From Trichoplax adhaerens (lineage: Eukaryota > Animalia > Placozoa): a stretch of DNA of 64,000 bases. Position 1 is the stretch's first letter. Each line of letters opens with the position of its first letter. Positions 13,792-24,707 of this stretch are shown piece by piece. The stretch lies in NCBI RefSeq assembly GCF_000150275.1, contig NW_002060965.1, positions 372,001 through 436,000 on the forward strand. The letters are read 5' to 3'. The notes beneath the pieces were generated by a model, which had not been told where the DNA came from, ran no database searches, and saw nothing but the letters and a program-made list of their open reading frames with translations. The position numbers were made by a program, and so were the translations under genes.

Positions 13792-15656
13792 TGTATCAGT
13801 TTTACTGTGAAGATAGATGCACAAATAAATTATCAACCCTTCTTGCTCTATAGCCACTTTTCAAGTGAAAATTTAATTACATTTTTTAATTTAAGTAAAA
13901 TTGTATTTTAATACATTGATGATAATGTCGTAATCTTGTCGAGTATTGATGAGAATTGAACTTTACGACGAATCATAGTTTTATTGAATTGTTGCGTTTA
14001 TAGATTATTTATCGATTAAGGCATTGGCCTACTCAAACCTTGAATATTTCCATCATTTGCCAATGAACACATCAGTGAGCATTGTTTAATTATATTTGAC
14101 AATGGATGGAGATTCCCTTTCTTACTGAATAGTAAGGATCATAAATTAAGCACGTGGATAAAGTCTTAATTCGTGCATTGATAGATGGATATTTATGAAT
14201 GAAGAAACTGATTACTCGACTAAACTTAACACATCAATTAAAATTACCCAATTTTTATGGAAGCTTCTACTCGAATTGTACGCAACAAAAAAATTTTAAA
14301 ATAAAATTATTCAATAGCTAGCCTGCAATTCTTTCAATAATGCATTTCCAACAAAAAAATCTGATTATGGTTATAAAATTGACCCTGTCTGTTAATATAG
14401 ACTTTTAGTGCTTGCAATGAATTAAATAGCGCCATGTAAAAACCATCTTGGAATATCATTTGTTAGCGGCTGAAGAAGAACTGCCCAATACCTGCAATAC
14501 CTACTATGAAAACAATCATAGAGTATTTTTAAGAATAGAATTATGTGACAATAGTTTATTAAATAAATTAACTGAACATGACGCACATGAGACAATCTGA
14601 TTTGTACGGACTGTATTGCATTCTACTTTTAGCTGCTATAAGCGAACAGTGCAGTAATTATATCAATTATTTTGATCTGGCGCATTAATAATGCCGTTGC
14701 ATGTACGAACACACATAAAATATATTTTTATCTTGTATTTTACAAATATAATTATAATTAATTGGTCGCCTGGTTGCTATGCGAGCTACAGCGGCAACAT
14801 AACATGGTTAGAATAGTATTGATCATCATAGATGTTATCAAATCAATCATACATATAAAGTTTATTTTCTGCACCCTAAAGGTAGTTGATAATCTTTGTA
14901 ATGGAAATCATAAAATGAATTATACAGTCTTATACAGTAGTACCGCCATTATAAGCAGGCTAGGCAAAGATTAAATTGTAGGAATTGCGAAAGATAACTA
15001 ACTACCTTCATTATGAATGGCCCTTGTTGTAGCCATAGTCTACATAAGATTACTGATGGTCTGTAAACCACATACCATAGTTGATTGCTACTATAATATC
15101 TCAAAGTCTAGACGAAATACCTAAAATTTGCTCCAAAATGCAGTATTGTATGTATCAATAACAAGGTAAAAAGTAGAAAAATGAAGCCACTAATTAATGA
15201 TATCAAATCACACAGATCATAGTGCATCAGAGCTTGTTGGATATTCAAGTAGAATCCTGACTCATACAAGTAGTTGGCGAACTTAAAGCACTTTCGACTT
15301 GCACCATCAGTATCTTTGATTGTGAAACATTGTTCTTCCATAAAGTAATAAGACAAATACTGTTTCTATTTCCTAATTGGAGTATGTATCATACAATAAG
15401 CACATGTATATTTCTATAACCCGCGTAGTATGCACCGTTGACATTAAGATAAAATCACTCATTAGTAAATTTTACAAGACGTTCCAAATGCAATTATCTT
15501 GCCAGGAATTCAGTACCTACAGGCAATTCGTATACAGTAGTATTTCAACCATTTATAACGGTATTCAACCAAGATCTGCGTCTACTTTTTTTACAGAGAT
15601 GATATTCAAATGATATCCAGATTAGTTGTAGCTGCAGGCATGTATTGCAATGATAT

Positions 15657-18041
15657 CTACCTCTTGGATATGGATACCAATTTAGCTGCTTCATCTAATC
15701 CAGCATCGTACAAAGCCTGAACAAAAACTCCTTTGGTTGCTTCAGTTTGTTTTTCGTTGCACCAAATTTTGAATAACTCTTTTAGTTTACCTTCTATCGT
15801 TAGATCACTCTTGGACACGATTGTTTTGACCTTAAACTGCTTCAGATGGAGGCCTTCGTAAAACTTTTTTAAATTGACTACTTTGACGTCATTCGGGATG
15901 TTAGTTTGAAAGATTAAATCCAAGTAAGGTTTGGCGCCTTGGACAAAAAAGAAAGACAATCAGTTGCAAGAGGAAAAAGTCAAATAGTATTTAAGCTTCA
16001 GTAATAGTCAGCCTTTACATAATGTAAGGGCAAATTTAGAATAAATTTAGTAATGAAATAGAATAGCAACGATAGAAGGGCGTTATATTCAAAAAGTGGT
16101 GTAAACCGTTCGATTCCATAGAGAAACTATGTACTGCATGTATGGAATGTATATAACATATTATATAATTAACCAGGCGCCACAATAAAGAACCGGACTA
16201 ATTCTAAATTATTGCTTAGTATTATAACAAGGCTAATCTAAACTTGCTACCACCCAATTTGGTGTCTTGTGGTAGAAATGATAGCTAGAGTGTAATCGAA
16301 ATCCAGAAAAGTAAAAGAGGTTTTCAATTGCTATGATTTAGAGACAGTCTTGTCAGCAAACTTTTTATGGTTGACGAACAAAGCAAGAAAGTTATCTATG
16401 GCGGATCAGGAGGTATGATCTTCTAAGTTGGAGGTACATGAACAGAAGATATCTGTTTACTATTTGTTATGCCGTTGCTGCGAATCTTGAAACATTAGTA
16501 GCAGGATGAAAACATGGCTACGTCATCGTAAATAACTACTTACGAGTATGATCAATGCGTGTAAAGGGTAAGATGCAAATACGATGATGGTTTTATTTTA
16601 AACAACTAAGCTAGTTTGCATTTGGACACTCTTCTTTCCGGAGGGTACAATTCTGTAAGTGGTTTGTAAATAATCTAATTTTACCCTCAAATACGGGTTG
16701 ATGAAGATTTGTAACTCCTATAACATAACTAGTAGAATGAAAGCTGCTGGCCAAGATGTTTAATCAATGCTAAGCAATGTCCGCAAATAATGTGATGCAA
16801 CCGTGATGACGATATTGGGATTGTAGTAAAGAAAAAAATGGACGCCTATTTGCACTTCGATAAGACATCCTTTCCTAGGAATAAAGTACTGTTGATGATG
16901 CATTGATGGCTTGTATGTACAGTACACTCGTATATCGATGAAATTGATGCTGCCTAAAGTGAAGTAGAACTAACACCTAGAAATAAAGCATCATCTACTG
17001 TATGATGCATTCTTGGCCTGTATTTCTATGTCGATGAATTTGATACTGTCTAAAGTGAAACCAACACCCAGGAATAAAGTACTGTCAGTGATGCAATTTT
17101 GGCGTGTATGGATGTGGATCGATGGCATTTATACTATCCTAACAAGTGAAACTAATAAAACGAAGGAATAGCATGTCATCATGACGGATTACTCATGAGC
17201 AATGGCTAGAAAGGTGTGATAGTGCGTCGACGATAATGATGGGATGTTATAACAGTTTAACCAATGTACACTTGAGTAGAATATGCCTTCCTCAGTATAA
17301 GTTCTGTCAATGTTTCTATTTTGCCTAGATGTAACTGTCGATGAAAACCGATACTGCTTAAACTATTGCTAGTAGAAAGTCAACTTTTTGTCATGGTTAA
17401 TTCACTGATGAGCAATGGCTAGCTACCCAAGTGTGATACCAGCAGGATTGTTGAATATTCTTGTAGACCATTTACACTTGGACAAGACATCTTCTCTCCC
17501 TGAGATAAAATAAGTACTGTTGTTGGTCCAATTTCGACTAGTAATAGCTGTCGATGAAAACGGATACCGCCTCAAGCATTACTCGTAGGATAGAAACTAC
17601 TGGCTATGACGAAGTAACTGAGGGGCAATGGTCACCAAGTTAGGTTACAAATGGGATAATATGAATGTAAAATCATTACCACCAATTCGGTCATGACCTA
17701 CTTTGCTCTGGATCAAGAATGGGACACTTTCCATCGACTTCATCTTTCGAATAGTCCTGTATAGCTTGGAGTAATTGATAACCTATTTCTGCTTGAACAG
17801 AACTGAGTTGGCTATAAAGGTGGCAAATTTTTTGAAATGTACCTACAGGTTTCTCCTGCAATAATTGAAGTAAAGTTCTATTTCTAATAATATGATCCTG
17901 CAGCGATTGCAACTTTGACTGATCATAGACATCAAGAATATGATTAGAAACAAGCAATGGAAAGAGTTTATCATAGGGGAAATCTGTCTCCAATACAGTC
18001 CAATTGTTTGATAAGACAAATTCTTCAGCTTGGGTTAACAT
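15657..18041 (-). CDS. CARD + death-domain adaptor protein, paralog A (RAIDD/CRADD-like architecture, ~206 aa)
   Basis: Exon 1 (18041-17702) encodes a CARD-like helical pattern (MLTQAEEFVLSNNWTVLETDFPYDKLFPLLVSNHIL...RNRTLLQLLQEKPVGTFQKIC). A phase-1 GT-AG intron leads to exon 2 (15937-15657), a death-domain-like region (LFKIWCNEKQTEATKGVFVQALYDAGLDEAAKLV). Confidence 0.75.
16850..17620. repeat. Degenerate local duplications in paralog A intron
   Basis: ctgtcgatgaaaac(c/g)gatac recurs at ~17336 and ~17548, and ggaataaagtactgt at ~16878 and ~17071. Confidence 0.6.
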
Positions 18042-18639
18042 AGTGAGGCTTAGAGAGTCGTAGAATAAACTAACTTAGCTGGATCTCATTGAAGATCAAA
18101 ATGTTGATAGAAAGCGCGAGTAGATATGGCGACCGAGTGCATTGATTGCTGGCTCTTATATTAACATCGATGCCGTTCTAATGTCATCAGTAATCCACAG
18201 TAGTTGGTTTGCAGTCTATTAGCCGAGTACAACTAATGTCACTAACAAGAATCCCAACTTGGAAACTATTGATTTGACTGGCATCTACAGTCTGTTTTGA
18301 GAAGTACTTCTTAAAGTAGGGCATTTAGGAAGAGAATTTATTTTGGATTTATTTTTTCCTCTCTCTCTTTCTCACCGGTCCTTGCTAATGTCGTTGTAGA
18401 ATCATCACTACTTAATGTTAGCCAAGATTTAGTCGCCATGAATGCTGGCTCCGAGTGCATCGATTCAGCTACTGATGACTAAAATTTCATGCAAATTTAC
18501 TGCAGTCAGATAATCCCTATTTCATACATGGCGTCCATGACTATCGTCTTCGTCTTGTCCAACTTGTCGAATCAGATCATTCAATCCAGCTCGACCTGGA
18601 CAATTTTTGCGAAATGCAATATCTACAACATCGTTTTTC

Positions 18640-19410
18640 TCACTTTATGATATCATCTATGCTGGTAAACCGATACTGTTGTTTTTTTGGGGGGGGGGGG
18701 GGGGGGGGGGAGTCATGGCAATGCAGAGTGTACGATTTTCTGCTCAAGGTTTCTCTTCATGCAAGCTAACAGTACAGTAGACGTGTATTGTGGAGGATTG
18801 TCAAATCTCAACATGACAACCGCTCACTTGGACAATATTCAACTACTGTTGCTGAAATAGACCTCAAATTCATAGTAGGAGAGTCAGAATTCACCCGTTC
18901 TCCCTCAAAATTTCCCTGATGCAGCCAAATACTATGGACGAGATTGTCTACTCCTAGCATCTCAACAGTTCTCTTGCATAACATCCGATTGCTGTTGCTG
19001 AAGTCTCAAACTCAAGGCAATCATAGTCGTAGTACGTCAAGTAATCCATTTCCTTCTCCATAGTTTCTTAGTTGTTCTCTTTTTATGATATCGTATATAC
19101 TCGTAATCCGATGCTGTTGTTTTATTTCTTAGCGTTCATGACAATGTAAAGTCGAGGACTTTCAGCTCAAGCTTTCTCCTCTTGCAATCCAATCGTGTAA
19201 TATGAAGATTGTTCATGCAAGTATGATAACAACTCGCTTGGACACTCTGCAACTGCTGTTGCTAAAATGAACCTCAAGTTCAAGTTAGGAGAGTCTATCC
19301 TTTCTCCCTCGAGATTTCTCTACAGCGATCAAACACTATGGACGAGACTGTTTACTTTCAGTATCACAACAGTTCCCTTGTAGAAGATTCAACTGTTGTT
19401 GCTCAAGTCC
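18640..19410. repeat. Diverged ~430 bp tandem duplication; copy 1 carries a G22 run
   Basis: tttatgatatc...ccgat.ctgttgtt at ~18644 and ~19082. Both copies share aact.ctgttgct.aaat..acctcaa and actatggacgaga. The G run is at 18689-18710. Confidence 0.8.
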
Positions 19411-20655
19411 CGTACGGACGAGATGGTTTAAAGGAAGCATTTCCTGCGTAGCTATGGAGCTACTGCATTTGCGCTACTGTCCATTTTACAGTGTACATGG
19501 ACGAGATGGTTTAAGCATTTCTTCCATAGCTATCGAGCTACTGAAGGTTTACTACTGTCTAGAATATAGACGAGATGGTCTAGTTTAAGCGTTTCTTCCA
19601 CAGCTATCGAGCTTCTGTATGGCCACTACTGTCTAGAATAGACTAGAATAGACTGTATGGCCACTACTGTCTAGCCATATTCTAGACCCTGTCTAGAATA
19701 TGGACGAGTTGGTCTAGTTTTAGCATTTCTTCCATAACTATCGAGCTTCTGCATAGCCACTACTGTCTAGAATATGGACGAGATGGTCTAGTTATAGCAT
19801 TTCTTCTATAACCATGGAGCTCCAGAATGTATACCACTGTCTAGTATAGGACGAGATGGTCTAGTTTTAGCATTTCTTTCATAACTATCGAGCTTCTGCA
19901 TGGCCTCTATTGTCTAGAATATGGACGAGTTGGTCTAGTTTTGGCATTTCTTGCGTAGCAATCGAGCTTCTGCATGGCCTCTACTGTCTAGAATATGGAC
20001 GTGATGGTCCAGTTTTAGCGTTTCTTTATGGCCATGGAGCTACTGGATGTATACCATTGTCTAGAATAGGACGAGATGATCTAGTTTTAGCATTTCTTCC
20101 ATAGCTATGGAGCTTCTGCATGGCCACTACTGTCTAGAGTATGGACGAGTTGGTCTAGTTTTGGCATTTCTTGCGTAGCAATCGAGCTTCTGCATGGCCT
20201 CTATTGTCTAGAATATGGACGAGTTGGTCTAGTTTTGGCATTTCTTGCGTAGCAATCGAGCTTCTACATGGCCTCTACTGTCTAGAATATGGACGAGATG
20301 GTCCAGTTTTAGCGTTTCTTTATGGCCATGGAGCTACTGGATGTATACCATTGTCTAGTATAGGACGAGATGATCTAGTTTTAGCATTTCTTCCATAGCT
20401 ATGGAGCTTCTGCATGGCCACTACTGTCTAGAGTATGGACGAGTTGGTCTAGTTTTGGCATTTCTTGCGTAGCAATCGAGCTTCTGCATGGCCTCTACTG
20501 TCTAGAATATGGACGAGTTGGTCTAGTTCTAGCATTTCTTCTATAGCCATGGAGCTCCAGAATGTATACCACTGTCTAGAATATGGATTAGATGGTCTAG
20601 TTTAAGCATTTCTTGCATCGCTATCGAGCTTGTGTATGGGCACACTGTGTAGAAT
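19410..20655. repeat. Minisatellite, 72-74 bp monomer with a 294 bp (4-mer) higher-order repeat
   Basis: ggacg anchors at 19702, 19776, 19849, 19923, 19997, 20069, 20143, 20217 and onward. Diagnostic monomer variants recur 294 bp apart (19923 vs 20217; 20011 vs 20305). Confidence 0.95.
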
Positions 20656-20731
20656 ACGGAAGTAGTAAAAGGCAGAGTATGCGCTGTAGGCTACCATACT
20701 GTACACTGTACAGCAGTAGCCGACTGCAGCT

Positions 20732-20741
20732 CCGCCATCTT
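20732..20741 (+). promoter_or_regulatory. YY1-like motif CCGCCATCTT just upstream of the paralog B ATG
   Basis: Matches the CGCCATNTT consensus about 40 bp before ATG 20778. A CGCCAT also lies on the minus strand ~85 bp upstream of the paralog A ATG (~18126-18131). Confidence 0.35.
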
Positions 20742-20777
20742 GTCGAATTGCTAATATCTACCGATCAGCTAATCAAG

Positions 20778-23560
20778 ATGTTATCCGAAGCTGAAGAAAG
20801 CGTCTTAACCTCCAATTACGTTAATATAAGTAAAGATTTACCTTATGATTCCCTTATTGGTGAAATTAAAGCCAATAAAATTATCGATGATTACGAGAGC
20901 GCGGAATTGGACACCATCAGCCATCCAATCAAGCGAAATAAATCCTTACTCGATAAATTGCGCAAAAAACCTTCAGGCACCTTCGTGTTATTTTGTAAAC
21001 TCTACAGCAACGTAAGAAGTGTTCAATCACAACAAGGGGCAGATCTATTGCGAAAAATCCAAGATGAAAAAGCAAAACTTGCCAGGCCTGGCACAGATCT
21101 TAACCACATTACATACGAAAACTCCAATAGGCAACCCGCTGTTGATCTTGACGAACGTAAGTCCAAATTTCTTGTAATTTCTTCACCTGCACCACTTGAC
21201 TACGTTCAATAATAAATGAAATTGTTGACATGATAACCGCTTATATAAGCTAGAATAGAATGTGTCATCCATTCACCATGGCTGACTGGAGTTTAGCCCT
21301 TTCGTTGTATTTCCTCATTGTCAGTCAAAGACCTTTCTCTATTTTTCCCAACGCCATTTTGTTGATCTTTCCACACGGATACAGTGTTAAGGGTACATGA
21401 CATCATCATCATACTGGATTCTTGAATAATGTTAGTCATTAGTGGAAAGAATGTAACTGCTCTACATATCCAACACCTCGTATTGACACAATCATCTAAC
21501 ACAATATTGAACACCTCTCTATTCAAATACAAACTACATAGGCTTATCAAATCCAACGATAGCAAGTTTCATCATCATTCCTACTGTCCTATAGGTAGAA
21601 AACACATCAGTACTATCTTCAAAGTGTTACTATAACGGCAAAATCGTCATAGTTTATAATATTAAACACCTCTCCATTCAAATACAAACTACATAGGCTT
21701 ATCAAATCCAACGATAGCAAGTTTCATCATCATCCTTACTGTCCTATGGGTAGAAAACACATCAGTATTATTTTCAAAGTGTTACTATAACTGCAAAGTC
21801 GCCATCGTTTATATACTTACGTAATTGATCTAGAAATAGCGACTCATCAATCTACAACTACTGGATAGAAAATTGAGCAAGGTAGTCAATCCAGCAAAGT
21901 TGCAGACAAATTCAAGAGTTGTATGACCATCATCTTGTCATGTTACTGCGATGATACCATGAGTTTGATCTCTACCAATAGTCCGTGATTAGAAAGTAAA
22001 AACCTTACTCAAATAAAATTATCATTTCCTAGCCAAGAAAATCGCCCTCACTTCCTGCATAGCAAAATGAATACAATTCAACGATCAACATCAACTCCAA
22101 ATTCTTCCTTCTTAAAGCTATCTAGAAACAATATCCGCAGTAAATCATATCCAGACATTGCTTTTAGACAGTGTTATTGATCATTTGCTTTCTACTGTAG
22201 TCTTTCTACATGTTTCGTAATGAAGAGTAACCGTGTAGCAGAAGCTATCCGCGATACTATTACCCTTAGATAGGAAACTAAATTACGACGTAGTCAGCAA
22301 GTAATGCAATATTGACTCTAGCGCGCTTTTACAAAGCGTTGTTGATCATTTGCTTTCTACTGTAATCTTTCCACATGTTTCGTAATAAAGAGTAACCGTG
22401 TAGTAGAAGCTATCGGCGATGTTATTACTCCTAGATAGGAAACTAAATTACAACGTAATGAACAAGTAATATTGACTTTGCTCAGATGACACAGTTTAAG
22501 AATCAACTTGTACACCTCCATGTTGTACCAGAAAAGTTCAACTAGACAGTTTCATAGCTACGCGTATTCTTTCAAAAAATTGGATAGAAAAATGTCTTTA
22601 GCTTGCTGCTTATACTGTTCTCTCTTAATTCCGTGAAAATAATAGAACACGTCGAAGTGATATCCACTCTAGCTCAGGACGATCAAGTCTAACAACCATT
22701 CTCTACGTGCTTTAATCTCATCATTTGCTGATGAAGCTTTGCTCATTACTTTATACAATATCGACTCTATCCTCTGCCTAAATTAAAAGTACACAGTATG
22801 TCTGCCATGATCTCTTCTTGGCATGGTTAAGCCATAAAGAGCATTCAGGCAATCTGTCTTCATGCTATACACATAACTGATACGAAATGATATAACAATC
22901 ACTACTCAATGGCAATTTTTGTAAAAATTCTCATTTAACGGGATTGTAAGCCCTTGATAGTGCCGACTGTAGCCCAAATTCATCCTATAAATGTCTTGTC
23001 CATACCAATTAATTGCATGCATGACGATACTAAAATAGACATCATCGAACTATAGCTAACTGTGTAAAGATATAATTCGATTGACATAGGAAACCTCAAG
23101 TATTTCTACAAGACCCTTGCTATCTGCTTTATCCATTCATAAAACTAGTAAAAGTAGATGGAAAATATTTAGAACAAATTTATATTTGTAAATCAATTAT
23201 TTCAGTAACAAATTACTTTGCATGCATGTGGGCTTGTATTACTGGCCTGATTGCTTTCTGATCTCGTCATGTTAATCATATCTTTCTCAAATTATAGCCG
23301 CTAAGCCTTACATAAAAAAGATATATAGAGACATCGGTGTAGACTGGCCAAAACTTGCTTTGGAATTAGATTATAGCCAGAATGATATCAAGAGATTCAA
23401 AGTCGACACTCAAAACGACTCTAATGAGCAATGTGCTGCAATGCTTTATGATTACCAAAGGAAACATGGATCTTCCTTTACTAAATCCAAGCTAGAGAAG
23501 GCTCTACGTGAAAGCGATCTGGGTGAAGCTGCCGACAAACTCTTAAAACTATCATTATAA
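20778..23560 (+). CDS. CARD + death-domain adaptor protein, paralog B (RAIDD/CRADD-like architecture, ~213 aa)
   Basis: Exon 1 (20778-21156) encodes a CARD (MLSEAEESVLTSNYVNISKDLPYDSLIGEIKANKII...RNKSLLDKLRKKPSGTFVLFCKLY) and ends at donor C|GTAAGT. Exon 2 (23298-23560) encodes a canonical-looking death domain (IYRDIGVDWPKLALELDYSQNDIKRF...EQCAAMLYDYQRKHGSSFTKSKLEKALRESDLGEAADKL). Confidence 0.82.
21506..21815. repeat. Tandem duplication, ~155 bp x2 (intronic)
   Basis: aacacctctc.attcaaatacaaactacataggc at ~21510 and ~21665. Confidence 0.9.
22160..22480. repeat. Tandem duplication, ~165 bp x2 (intronic)
   Basis: ttgatcatttgctttctactgta at ~22177 and ~22342. Confidence 0.9.
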
Positions 23561-24344
23561 CACGATACGTAAAGTTAAGATTGTATTTTCTTCTATGCCC
23601 TTAACTAGATGATTAGCATTAATTAAAATTATCTTTCTAGATTAAGTATTAATTCGTTATTAAATGACCGCAATCTTGACCCTGTTACCATACCTTTTAG
23701 ACATTGCAATTTTTAATCCAATTACCATGCAATTATACGAGCTGGTATCTATAAATTGCTTATCTTAGGCTAAGGAATAAGTTACCTTTCTATTGAATTT
23801 TAAATTGTGCAAGTACCCTTTTTATTCTGATTGTAAAGTAGATAAGTTGTGAACTTTTGTAGCCTTACCATTTCTATATTTTCCCTACCTTTTTAGACGT
23901 AGATATGTACACGCAACATAAAACGTATATGTTACCATCAGTAAGTGTATACATCTAAATCTAGCTTATCAAAATCAAATTGGTTTTAAATAGTAACTTT
24001 GCTGTCTCAAGTGTCATCCAAATAAAATTAATCAAACCCATATATAGCAGTCAAAAGAATCCACCAGCGATCCAATATGATTTCATAATTACGGTCATCA
24101 TTTTACTGTAGAGCGGTAGCTCATTGATATCAGATGGAGAGTTATCGAAAATCAAACAAGTGCATCCAAGCTGAATTTCTCGATACACTTATTAGTCGAC
24201 CCATAATGAGCGTTTTTGATATTCGTATACGCTATTTAGTAATGTTATTTCTCCGGGACATGTATAACTTTAATAAAGATTGGATACAAGTTCAATGTAA
24301 CAGATTCTGCTTCAGCGATGGAGATTAAGATGGATATGCAAAAT

Positions 24345-24707
24345 AAGATATTTTACCATTAAAAGCACATTTATTCAATCAAGCCAAAATCATTATCTAT
24401 AAGTCATAATGAAGAGAAAATACCCGTAAAAAGCTGATAATTTCCGTTCAGTTACAATTTGCATGCTGCATACTTCTCTTTCCTAAGCTCTAAAAATGCA
24501 ATCTATCAGCCATATCAAGGTAGAGAAAGATATTTCACCATTAAAAGCACATTCATTTAATCAAGCTTAAATCATTATCTATAAGTCATAATAAAAAGAA
24601 ACTACCCGTAAAAGGCAGATAATTTCCATTCAGTTACAATTTGCATGCATACTCTTCTTTCCTAAACTCCAAAAATGCAATTTATCAGCCATGTCAAGGT
24701 AGAGAAA
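24345..24707. repeat. Tandem duplication, ~181 bp x2
   Basis: aagatattt.accattaaaagcacatt at ~24346 and ~24527. Confidence 0.9.

Noticed and set aside
19910-20398. Two near-identical ORFs (64 and 75 aa), and the idea that the 72-74 bp unit encodes a 24-aa LRR-like repeat
   Set aside because: They are translations of the minisatellite. Most monomers are not multiples of 3, frames break, and there is no LRR consensus.
10338-20655. Tandem arrays as possible CRISPR arrays
   Set aside because: The units are contiguous with no unique spacers, the context is eukaryotic, and there are no cas genes.
20613-20777. N-terminal extension of the 199 aa ORF
   Set aside because: It starts at a non-ATG codon inside the minisatellite. 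Alignment with paralog A places the true start at ATG 20778.
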